From Candidatus Gastranaerophilales bacterium (GTDB lineage Bacteria; Cyanobacteriota; Vampirovibrionia; Gastranaerophilales; Gastranaerophilaceae): 30,195 nucleotides of DNA. Numbering within the stretch: the stretch's first letter is position 1; the number at the start of each line of letters is the position of its first letter. A model generated the notes under the pieces. The model worked only from the letters and a program-made list of their open reading frames with translations, was not told the origin of the DNA and made no database searches. The position numbers and the translations under genes were made by a program. Where the stretch lies: positions 1 to 30,195 of the forward strand of contig CALVER010000001.1 in the NCBI GenBank assembly GCA_944326625.1, written 5' to 3'. Positions 7,582 through 16,154 of this stretch are shown here, piece by piece.

Positions 7582-9975
7582 ATGATTAGAGAATACATAA
7601 ATTCAGCATTACAGAGCAAAAATGCCGTAATGTTTATAACATCATTTATGTTTATGGCAGGAATTCTGTCATATTTTAACAACTGCGAAATTCCTGCCGC
7701 TGCGATTTTAACAATAATCGGAATAGTTTTAATACTGCAGAAAAAATTATCAGCTAAATACGTAATCTTTTGGATAATAATTTTTTATTTTGGATTTTTC
7801 AATTCTTATTTCAGAATTAATACAAGCGACCCGTTATATGATATCTCGCCGGTTGACACGAAAATTCAGGGACAAATTGTATCTATCCCGAACATAACGG
7901 AGGACAAGACAAAATTTTTCTTCAACGTTTACAAAGCCGGCGATAAGAAAATTCAAGCAAAAAGCTATGTAACCTTATACAATAATGAAAATTTAAATAA
8001 AGAATTCAATATAGGCGATAATTTGATTATTAACGGCAAAGTCCGCAGACCCTTCAAGGCAGGCAATCCGTCACAATTTGATTACGGAAGATATCTGCAG
8101 AATTATAATGCATTTACCACACTTTACGCGGATTATGCGGATTGCGGGATAATAAGCGGCGAACTTTCCCTGCGCTGGAAATTTCTAAGAAAATTAAACG
8201 AAGTAAGAAACGGAATTTTAAAAAGCCATGCAAAATATTTGCAGTCACCGAATTTGGAAATTCTTGGCGGTGTTGTATTCGGCGATGATGCGGTTGCGCC
8301 GCCGGATTATATCAAAACAAATTTTATTAATTCGGGATTACTCCATATTCTTGCAGCATCAGGCATGAACGTTGCATTTATATTCGGATTCTGGTTTTTC
8401 ATAATGAGATTTTTCAGGGTGCCGTATAAAATAAACGTCACCGGCGGAATGATTATGGTAATCCTTTACACTCTTATGACAGGACTTGGCGCATCGGTTT
8501 TACGTGCCGCATTAATGCTTTTGTTTATCCAGATAGGAAAACTCATTGACCGGGATGCGCACAGTGTATCTTTATTATCTTTTGTCGCATTTTTAATGCT
8601 TTTATATAACCCTGCATACATAAATGATGTCGGATTTCAGCTGTCATTTATTGTAACTTTCGGACTTTTGACAACGGGTATGGTCGTATTTGAAAAATTC
8701 AAAGACATAAAACTTCCCGAATGGGTTAAGGGCGGGATTTTAATTCCTATTGTTGCACAAATCTGGGTGGCGCCTTTGCAGATGTTCTATTTTAACACCT
8801 TCAGCACATATTCAATTTTAGCCAACATAGCGACAGTACCATTCTTAAGCGTAATAAGTTTCGGAGGATTTGTAAGCTCTATTCTCGCGACAATAAAACC
8901 TATTGCGGATTTTGTGTGCATGATTTTCGATTTTGTATTGAAATACGCACTTGACATAATTGTTGCAATCTCAAATTATTTCGCATCATTGCCGAACTCT
9001 ATTTTACAAACAACTCACCCGTGCGCGGCGCAGGTTTTACTTTATTACGGAATAATTTTATTAATTACAATTTTAATAGAAAAAGGGTTTGACAAAAAAT
9101 TATGTACGACAATCGGCGCAGCAGTTTTAATATTACTGGCGTCCATGATTAACATACCGACTCATAAACTTGAGATAATAACCTTTGACGTCGGAAATGC
9201 CGATGCATTTCTCATAAAAACACCTGACAACAAATATTTTATCATTGATACAGCCAAAATGAGCTATAAAAGTTCATCATCCACCGCAAAACTGGTTATC
9301 GCAAAATATTTAAAAGACAGGGGCATAAAAAATATTGAGGGGATGATTTTAACCCATTTTGACGTAGACCATGCAGGCGGAGCCGCAGATTTAATTGAAG
9401 CACTGAATATCAAAACGATTTACGTAAACTCCTTAAAGCGTGATTCTTACACCGTTATCAAAATTTTTGATGCGATTGATAAATATAAAATAAAAACTTT
9501 TCTTGCAGAGAACAACAAAATTATTTACAAAGAACCTGATTTAAAAATCAAAACATTTATAGCAAATATACAGGAAAGCGACAATGAAAATTCAATAATA
9601 ACACTTTTGAGCTACAAAGATTTTGACATGCTGTTTATGGGTGATGCCGGCGTAACAGCTTTTGACACGATTAAAAAAGATATTCCGCAAAATATAGAAA
9701 TTCTAAAAGTCGGCCACCACGGCGGCAAAAATGTAGTAAACAAAGCAATGACAAATTATCTTTTGAATACGGTTTCAGTAATCTCAACCGGCCCTAATAA
9801 CTTCGGGCACCCGAACAGAACCACTCTTGATATTCTGCGGCATACCAGAATTTACAGAACAGACTATAATAATTCAATCAAAATTTCAACGGACGGAAAA
9901 ATTTATAAATTGAATACTTTTAACCGTACCAAAAAGAAATATCAGGAGACCGAAGAATTAACAGCTGTTAACTAA
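7582..9975 (+). CDS. comEC: ComEC/Rec2 DNA internalization protein (DUF4131 + Competence + metallo-beta-lactamase domains)
   Basis: NPSQFDYGRYL (OB domain), HILAASGMNVAF, SVLRAALM, GFQLSF, and C-terminal MBL motifs FDVGNADA, LTHFDVDHAGG, KVGHHGG. Confidence 0.93.
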   Translation: MIREYINSALQSKNAVMFITSFMFMAGILSYFNNCEIPAAAILTIIGIVLILQKKLSAKYVIFWIIIFYFGFFNSYFRINTSDPLYDISPVDTKIQGQIVSIPNITEDKTKFFFNVYKAGDKKIQAKSYVTLYNNENLNKEFNIGDNLIINGKVRRPFKAGNPSQFDYGRYLQNYNAFTTLYADYADCGIISGELSLRWKFLRKLNEVRNGILKSHAKYLQSPNLEILGGVVFGDDAVAPPDYIKTNFINSGLLHILAASGMNVAFIFGFWFFIMRFFRVPYKINVTGGMIMVILYTLMTGLGASVLRAALMLLFIQIGKLIDRDAHSVSLLSFVAFLMLLYNPAYINDVGFQLSFIVTFGLLTTGMVVFEKFKDIKLPEWVKGGILIPIVAQIWVAPLQMFYFNTFSTYSILANIATVPFLSVISFGGFVSSILATIKPIADFVCMIFDFVLKYALDIIVAISNYFASLPNSILQTTHPCAAQVLLYYGIILLITILIEKGFDKKLCTTIGAAVLILLASMINIPTHKLEIITFDVGNADAFLIKTPDNKYFIIDTAKMSYKSSSSTAKLVIAKYLKDRGIKNIEGMILTHFDVDHAGGAADLIEALNIKTIYVNSLKRDSYTVIKIFDAIDKYKIKTFLAENNKIIYKEPDLKIKTFIANIQESDNENSIITLLSYKDFDMLFMGDAGVTAFDTIKKDIPQNIEILKVGHHGGKNVVNKAMTNYLLNTVSVISTGPNNFGHPNRTTLDILRHTRIYRTDYNNSIKISTDGKIYKLNTFNRTKKKYQETEELTAVN

Positions 9976-11005
9976 TTTCTTCGGGAATTTCCGGCATATT
10001 TTTTGCTCCTTTAACGCCGAGTTCTTCAATCCTGTTCAGTTGATTAATTATGTTGTCCTTGCCGGTAAGTTTCGTGACTGCGGCATTATAAGCATTTTTT
10101 ATTTTACCTAAATCACCCAGCAAATCAGAAAATTTGTCAATCATTCTTGAACAAATTCTTGAAATTTCAAGTGCATTTTTATTCTGCCTGTCAACGATAT
10201 GGAATGAATTAATAATTTTCAAAGCCGCAAGGAGGGTTGAAGGAGATACGGGCATAACCTTATTTTTCCATGCAAAATCCCAAAGAGCGCAATCTTCGCA
10301 AAACAACATTGCATAGCAGCTTTCAATAGGAATAAACATCAAAACATAATCAGGTGATTTTTCATCTGAAGAATAATCACGTTTTGCAAGCCCTGTAATA
10401 TGAGCTTTTGTAGAGTCAATAAACTGCTTAAGATGAACGTCTTTTTCATACTCGTTATCGGAATTCACATAGCCTTCAAATGATGCAAAAGAAGTTTTGG
10501 AATCAATATAAATACATCTGTCATCAGGCAGAAAAACTGTTGCATCCGGTCTGCCCTCAGATGATCCCGCCTGAATTTTATATTCTTCATCCTTTCTTAA
10601 GCCGGACGCTTCCAGAACTCTTTCCAGAACAATTTCGCCCCATTTGCCTGAGGTGCGGTTGTCGGACTTCATAACATTTACAAGAGCGTTTGCATCCATT
10701 GAAATCTTTTTGCCTGTTTCAAGAAAATTTTTAATATTCAAATCAAATATTGTAAAATTTTCTTTTTCCTGTTTAAAATTATCTTCAGTTCGCTTTTCAA
10801 AATCCTCAATACGTTCTTTAAAAAGTTTGAAAAATTCGTCCAGCCGTTCGCGGTTTTGCGCTGAAAATTCAACGGAATTCTCTTTAAAAATTTTATTTGC
10901 AAGGTTTTCAAAATCCGCCCTTGTATTTTTTTGTGCAAGATAGAACGGAACAAATACGCATACTGCTCCGAAAACAAATCCCCCTATAAAAATTAATATT
11001 TCCAT
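9968..11005 (-). CDS. rmuC: DNA recombination protein RmuC
   Basis: N-terminal TM anchor and coiled coil, GKWGEIVLERVLEASGL, RPDATVFLP, IDSKTS nuclease-like motif, DYVLMFIPIE, VSPSTLLAAL. Start chosen at 11005 behind SD AAGGAG. Confidence 0.92.
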   Translation of the reverse strand: MEILIFIGGFVFGAVCVFVPFYLAQKNTRADFENLANKIFKENSVEFSAQNRERLDEFFKLFKERIEDFEKRTEDNFKQEKENFTIFDLNIKNFLETGKKISMDANALVNVMKSDNRTSGKWGEIVLERVLEASGLRKDEEYKIQAGSSEGRPDATVFLPDDRCIYIDSKTSFASFEGYVNSDNEYEKDVHLKQFIDSTKAHITGLAKRDYSSDEKSPDYVLMFIPIESCYAMLFCEDCALWDFAWKNKVMPVSPSTLLAALKIINSFHIVDRQNKNALEISRICSRMIDKFSDLLGDLGKIKNAYNAAVTKLTGKDNIINQLNRIEELGVKGAKNMPEIPEEIS

Positions 11006-11023
11006 TTTAATCTCCTTAATCGA

Positions 11024-11032
11024 ATTATACCA
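11024..11032 (-). promoter_or_regulatory. Extended -10 promoter (TG-G-TATAAT) for rmuC
   Basis: Reverse complement reads TGGTATAAT, 18 bp upstream of the ATG. Confidence 0.6.
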
Positions 11033-11080
11033 CAATTGCTGTACATCAAAAAATGTAACGAAAAATTATTTACAAAAAAA

Positions 11081-11118
11081 TCAACCATGCCGCTAACCAT
11101 GGTCTAGAGCATGGTTGA
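11081..11118. repeat. Symmetric 38-bp dyad: TCAACCATGC-N5-ACCATGGT-N5-GCATGGTTGA
   Basis: Perfect 10-bp inverted repeat (11081-11090 / 11109-11118) centred on the palindrome ACCATGGT (11096-11103). CATG occurs at 11086, 11098 and 11110. Confidence 0.8.
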
Positions 11119-11181
11119 GGTGAATTATCAATCCAAAGATGTACGCCAAATTCTCAAACCGCCATGACTACAATATCAATC

Positions 11182-11201
11182 GGGGCATGGATGAATGCCC
11201 C
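11182..11201 (+). other. GC-rich hairpin GGGGCAT-GGATGA-ATGCCCC upstream of the response regulator
   Basis: Perfect 7-bp stem with a 6-nt loop, read directly from the sequence. Function unknown. Confidence 0.5.
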
Positions 11202-11261
11202 CCTCTAAAAATAGTAGTATATAAAGTGTAGTTGAAGGTTACAAAATAAAGGGGAGATAAA

Positions 11262-11960
11262 ATGAGAGAGTACAGAGGTAAATTAAGAGTTTTGTTAATT
11301 GATGACAACGCAGATCATTTAAGAGGCGTTAAAGAATTAATCACTCTTGAAAGCAGTTATGATGTAGTAGGTGCAACAACAAGCGCAAATATCGGAATTA
11401 ACCTTATAAAAAAATATCATCCGGATGTTGTTTTAATGGATATTAATATGCCGGAAAAAGACGGCCTTCAGGCAATTCAAGAAATCGAAAGATTAGAGCT
11501 TGACACAAGAGTAATTGCTTTAAGCGGTTATGATGATTCTGACTTAATTTTCCGTGCGATGAAATTAGGTGCAAAAGGTTATATCTTAAAAACCATGGCA
11601 TCAGCTCAATTAATTTATGCGATAGATGAAGTTGCAGCCGGCAAGATTTATCTTCCGTCAGCACTTTCCTCAAGATTCTTTGAATACTTCCAGAGCTCTT
11701 TCAAAGAAGAATCTGCGGCAAGCGACACAGAAAACCTTCTTACATACCTGACCGCTCGCGAAGAAGAAGTTCTTGATCTTTTAACACAGGGTAATAACTA
11801 CAAAGGTATTGCAGGAAAATTATTTATATCTGAAACTACGGTAAAGACCCATGTTAATAATATTTTCCAAAAATTGCAGGTAAACGACAGAACACAAGCT
11901 GTATTATACGCATTAAACAACGGCTTCGCTAACAGAAGACGTGCTAAAATGGCTGTATAA
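11262..11960 (+). CDS. NarL/LuxR-family (DegU-like) DNA-binding response regulator
   Basis: Receiver LIDD...VVLMDINMP...KGYILK and LuxR HTH LTAREEEVL...ISETTVKTHVNNIFQKLQVNDRTQAV. SD GGGGAG. Confidence 0.95.
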   Translation: MREYRGKLRVLLIDDNADHLRGVKELITLESSYDVVGATTSANIGINLIKKYHPDVVLMDINMPEKDGLQAIQEIERLELDTRVIALSGYDDSDLIFRAMKLGAKGYILKTMASAQLIYAIDEVAAGKIYLPSALSSRFFEYFQSSFKEESAASDTENLLTYLTAREEEVLDLLTQGNNYKGIAGKLFISETTVKTHVNNIFQKLQVNDRTQAVLYALNNGFANRRRAKMAV

Positions 11961-11981
11961 AACTTATAAGTAAAGAGGTTT

Positions 11982-12009
11982 TAAAGGTTCAGCCGCGGCT
12001 GAACCTTTA
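11982..12009. terminator. Perfect 28-bp palindrome TAAAGGTTCAGCCGCGGCTGAACCTTTA, probable intrinsic terminator
   Basis: The sequence equals its own reverse complement. It lies 21 bp after the regulator stop and before the kinase SD. Confidence 0.7.
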
Positions 12010-12026
12010 TATTAAGAAAGGTCTAA

Positions 12027-12686
12027 ATGAACGAGGCAGATATAATCAAATTACAAACAAGATGCGTATCGCATGAAATTCGCAACCACGTTTCAATATG
12101 CGAAATGTACACGGAAATTTTGAAAAAAAATCTTGAAAAAGACTGCTACAAAAATAATTCCGTTGAAAACGCGCTTGAATGTATAAAAAAATCCTTAAAA
12201 ATTATCAGCACATCACTTTTGGACTTGAAAGCCGTAAACAATTTTGCCCCCCAAAACTGCGATTTTAAAACACTTGCAGAAGAAGGTGCAAGACTTTCAG
12301 ACGCTTACATTCAGGGCAAAAATATAAAAATAAGCTGCTTTATAAAAAACACCGCACAAATTTACGTTGATGAAAACAAATTTTTAGCCTGTGTTGTAAA
12401 TATAATTAAAAATGCCATAGAAGCCATAGACATTAAAGGCGAAATCAACATAATCGGCGAAGTTAAAGATAAATTTGCTCATCTTCGAATTTCCAACAAC
12501 GGAAAAATGATATCCAAAGAGAAACAAAAAGAAATTTTTAAAGAAGGATTTACAACTAAACAAACAGGAAGCGGGCTGGGACTTCATATTTGTAAATGTA
12601 ATCTGCAGGCGCAAAATGCCGAGTTAAAACTCAACAAATCCACCAAATCCGTCACGGAATTTGAAATTACCGTTCCTGTTATTTGA
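12027..12686 (+). CDS. Soluble histidine kinase without a sensor domain (HisKA-like + HATPase_c)
   Basis: H-box SHEIRNH, N-box NIIKNAIEA, G1-like SNNGKMI, F-box FKEGFTTK, G2 GSGLGLHIC. Only about 13 residues precede the H-box and there is no TM. Confidence 0.85.
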   Translation: MNEADIIKLQTRCVSHEIRNHVSICEMYTEILKKNLEKDCYKNNSVENALECIKKSLKIISTSLLDLKAVNNFAPQNCDFKTLAEEGARLSDAYIQGKNIKISCFIKNTAQIYVDENKFLACVVNIIKNAIEAIDIKGEINIIGEVKDKFAHLRISNNGKMISKEKQKEIFKEGFTTKQTGSGLGLHICKCNLQAQNAELKLNKSTKSVTEFEITVPVI

Positions 12687-12739
12687 AATTTAATTTGTTT
12701 ATAATAAAATAAATACAGAAGAAATTTCAGGAGCTTACA

Positions 12740-12979
12740 ATGGAAAATATAACTTTATTAGAAGACGGAATGATAATTTTATGCATAGGAATGGGAGTTG
12801 TATTTGCATTTCTGGTTATAATGGTCTGGGCAATGAACATTATGGCTGTTGTAATCAAAAAGATTAACAATATTTTCCCTGAAGAAATTCCTGAAACAAA
12901 CAAATATTCACAAAAAAACAAAACATCATCTGACAGCGAAGTTGCTCTTGCAATAGCGCTTGCTTATTCTCAAAAATAA
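12740..12979 (+). CDS. oadG: OadG-family (Na+-pumping decarboxylase gamma subunit) membrane peptide
   Basis: 79 aa. TM segment IGMGVVFAFLVIMVWAM and C-terminal EVALAIALA. SD AGGAG. Confidence 0.8.
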   Translation: MENITLLEDGMIILCIGMGVVFAFLVIMVWAMNIMAVVIKKINNIFPEEIPETNKYSQKNKTSSDSEVALAIALAYSQK

Positions 12980-13003
12980 TTTTTTTTAATGTATAATAAA
13001 TCT

Positions 13004-15052
13004 ATGGGAAATGTGTTTATAAAGAAATTTAGCATTCTTTTACTTACGCTTGTATTTTCGTTTAATTATGCGGGATTATATAATATTGCTTTTGCAAAAG
13101 AAGAAATAAATGCACAGATTTCGGAACAAATTACCCTGCCGGTAATTCCGATAAAGGCTGAAAAGGAAATAAAATCAGCACTTTCAAAAATATACGGACA
13201 GCAAAATGTCGACATAATATACTCTAATATTGAACGTATAGCAGAAGAAACAAAGCTCAGCCGTCCGCAAAGTTTGAAAGATGAAGATTTAAAAAGACCT
13301 GACGACTGGTACAAAGACGAAGTAATCTATATGTTTTATGCCGACCAATTCGGGGTAAAAAACACAAACACGCCGAATACCTTTAAAGACGACATAAAAA
13401 TGCTGGATTATCTTAAAAATCTAGGCGTTACTACAATTTACATCCTGCCGTTTGCGGATTCACCGATGAAGGATTCAGGATTTGACGTAAGAAACCCGAG
13501 AGATGTCAGAGCGGATTTGGGAGGAATGACGGAATTTAAAGAATTTTTGACTGCCGCAAGAGAAAAAGGCTTCAAAATCAAAGCCGATTTAGTGTTAAAC
13601 CACTTTTCGGATGAACACGTTTGGTTTAAAGAAGCACAAAACGGCGACCTTGAAAAGTTAAACTATTTTGTGGTAAGAGAACAAATGCCCGAATATACAA
13701 GCTATAAAGACGAAAAACTCGGGCAGGTTGTGGAATATAAAGAACCCGACGGAAAAATTTCAAAAAGACGTTTAATTTTCCCGGAAATTACGGAAAATCA
13801 CTACAGAAAAGTAACAATAAATGATAAAGATTACTATTTATACCACACTTTTTACCCGTTCCAGCTTGATATAAACTGGGAAAATCCGGAAGTGTTATAC
13901 TACAGCCTCGAGACTATAAGCTTCTGGGCAAATCTCGGGATAGATATTTTCAGAATGGATGCAATTCCTTATTTAATAAAAGAAGAAGGAACAAATGCCG
14001 AAAATCTTGCAAATACGCACCGTATAATAAAAATCTTAAGCCTTTATATTCAATCCGTTGCACCGCGTTCCGTAATTCAAGCGGAGGCATGCCAGCTTCC
14101 GAATAAAATTCTTCCGTATTTCGGAGCCGAACAAAAAATTAAACCGGCAATTAACGGCGAACAAAGAGAACTGACAAGAACCGATGAAGTTCAAATAGCC
14201 TACCATTTCCCTTACATGCCGGCAATCTGGGCGTCACTTGTTGCGGGAGATAACAGCTATTTCTGGAAAGCTTACAAACAAACTCCTCAAATTCCGAATT
14301 CCGCAACGTGGGCAATATTTTTGCGTGTTCATGATGAATTGACGCTTGAAATGGTAAATTCCAAAACAAGAGAACTTTTATTTGAAGATTTAGCGCCAAA
14401 AGGTGCCGGCTTCAGGAAAGGTTTTGGCGTAAGCGGCAGAATGGCAAGCTTTTTGGATAATAACCCCGACAGAATAGGCATGGCATTTTCAATACTTTTG
14501 TCGCTTCCCGGAATTCCCATAATCTATTACGGCGACGAAATCGGTATCCAGAACAATTTTGCCAACGCAAAACGCAGCGCGAAACTTCGCGAATATAAAC
14601 AAACTCACAGCAAAAACAAAGTCAAACTCCTGAGCTACTTTGACAGCCGTGACATAAACAGAGGGCCTATTACTCAGGAAACCTTTAAAAAAGCCGCAAC
14701 ACAAAAGGGTACCTTTAATAACAAAGTTTATGAACGGGTAAAAAAACTGATAAGCCTCAGGAAAAATTATCCCGTAATGACGCGGGGCAGTTTTACGGAA
14801 CTAAAAACCGAATCGCCGGAAGTTTTCGCATACATAAGAGAATTAGATGACGCAAGAGTTGTTGTAATCAATAACCTTACTGACAAACGAATAAAGGCTA
14901 CAGTAAATCTTACCAATGATGACTTCGGGAAAAAATCAAAAGAAATTTATCTCTATGATTTATTAACAGATAAAATGACAAAAGTTCAGGTCAAAAATAA
15001 ACAATTAACAGTCCGGCTTAAACCCTATGACGCGATGTGGCTTAAGATGTAG
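13004..15052 (+). CDS. GH13 trehalose-synthase (TreS)-like alpha-glucan-active enzyme with an N-terminal signal peptide
   Basis: ADLVLNHFS, nucleophile RMDAIPYL, acid/base AEACQ, IFLRVHDELTLEMV, SLPGIPIIYYGDEIG. N-terminus KKFSILLLTLVFSF...IAFA. The start may instead be 12989. Confidence 0.85.
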   Translation: MGNVFIKKFSILLLTLVFSFNYAGLYNIAFAKEEINAQISEQITLPVIPIKAEKEIKSALSKIYGQQNVDIIYSNIERIAEETKLSRPQSLKDEDLKRPDDWYKDEVIYMFYADQFGVKNTNTPNTFKDDIKMLDYLKNLGVTTIYILPFADSPMKDSGFDVRNPRDVRADLGGMTEFKEFLTAAREKGFKIKADLVLNHFSDEHVWFKEAQNGDLEKLNYFVVREQMPEYTSYKDEKLGQVVEYKEPDGKISKRRLIFPEITENHYRKVTINDKDYYLYHTFYPFQLDINWENPEVLYYSLETISFWANLGIDIFRMDAIPYLIKEEGTNAENLANTHRIIKILSLYIQSVAPRSVIQAEACQLPNKILPYFGAEQKIKPAINGEQRELTRTDEVQIAYHFPYMPAIWASLVAGDNSYFWKAYKQTPQIPNSATWAIFLRVHDELTLEMVNSKTRELLFEDLAPKGAGFRKGFGVSGRMASFLDNNPDRIGMAFSILLSLPGIPIIYYGDEIGIQNNFANAKRSAKLREYKQTHSKNKVKLLSYFDSRDINRGPITQETFKKAATQKGTFNNKVYERVKKLISLRKNYPVMTRGSFTELKTESPEVFAYIRELDDARVVVINNLTDKRIKATVNLTNDDFGKKSKEIYLYDLLTDKMTKVQVKNKQLTVRLKPYDAMWLKM

Positions 15053-16113
15053 GATTTCAGTTTTTTTAAACCCACCCCGATATATGTTGTAACAACCATT
15101 GTTATGACAAAATACAAATACGTATTTTTAACCGGATCAAAAATCCAATAAATATCGTGATTTGCCCTCTCAGTTATCGGAATTCCGTTCAAATACAAGA
15201 AAAACGCAGTTAATAAATACATAACAAACAAATGATTTGCCATAATATGATATGTAACATTTCCCATATCTTGTAAAAATCTTACGTTTTTCAAATACGG
15301 ATAAAGAATTTTTACGGTAAATAATGCTGCCCAGATTCCAGTCAAACTGACAATTATAGGTATAACTCCCCATGTATTAAATTCGCCCCAGACAAGAACA
15401 TAACTTAAACCAATTCCCTGCACAGGATCGTAATCCGTGTTAAATAGCCACAAAACTGCCTGAACACAAATAATTGCCCCGAGCCATTTTACCGTAAAAA
15501 TATCGTATTTTTCTTTTATATAATTTGTATAATAATATCCCGCATATACAAAAAACATTGAAAATAAAGTTCTCACAACAACCAGCATACACGGCGTATG
15601 AGGCATATTGTCAGCCATAAAAACAGCGCTTACGGCACACGCCAAAAATATTGCAAGATGAAAAAACTTATTATCTTTTAAATTTTTGAGCTGCCTGAAT
15701 AGAAATAAAAATACAGTAAGTGTCATAAACAATTGCGTCACAAACCACAAAGGAGATATTAAATCCAGTTCATGTCCGTTTAAAAACGGTGTCAGAATAT
15801 AATTTTTCAAAGTAACCGGCATTCCCCAGAATTTTCCGGTTAATTTTGCAATAATGACCGTTATTCCAAGATAAAAAGCCGTATAAAGATAATACGGAAC
15901 AAGAAGACTTTTAAAACGTCGCTTTAAATATTCAGCAGGCAAATTTAAATATTTTTCTTTAAACAAACATCCCGAAATAAAGAAAAATAACGCAATCTGA
16001 AAGGAATACGGAGGGAAAATTCCCAGTAAAGAAAATTCCAGATGACCGGAAACCACAAGCATTATGGCTAAGGCTTTTAATAATGTCATCTCGTTTGCGA
16101 AAAATTTATCCAT
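15025..16113 (-). CDS. Acyltransferase-3 family (OafA/YrhL-like) membrane O-acyltransferase
   Basis: LKALAIMLVVSGH, FQIALFFFISGCL, KRRFKSLLVPY, LWFVTQLF, YHIMANHL and multiple TM segments. Start chosen at ATG 16113 because the longer track ORF overlaps the opposite-strand gene. Confidence 0.88.
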   Translation of the reverse strand: MDKFFANEMTLLKALAIMLVVSGHLEFSLLGIFPPYSFQIALFFFISGCLFKEKYLNLPAEYLKRRFKSLLVPYYLYTAFYLGITVIIAKLTGKFWGMPVTLKNYILTPFLNGHELDLISPLWFVTQLFMTLTVFLFLFRQLKNLKDNKFFHLAIFLACAVSAVFMADNMPHTPCMLVVVRTLFSMFFVYAGYYYTNYIKEKYDIFTVKWLGAIICVQAVLWLFNTDYDPVQGIGLSYVLVWGEFNTWGVIPIIVSLTGIWAALFTVKILYPYLKNVRFLQDMGNVTYHIMANHLFVMYLLTAFFLYLNGIPITERANHDIYWIFDPVKNTYLYFVITMVVTTYIGVGLKKLKSYILSHIAS

Positions 16114-16154
16114 AAAATAATTAAAACACAAAAATTTTGTTTTATAATTTGAAT

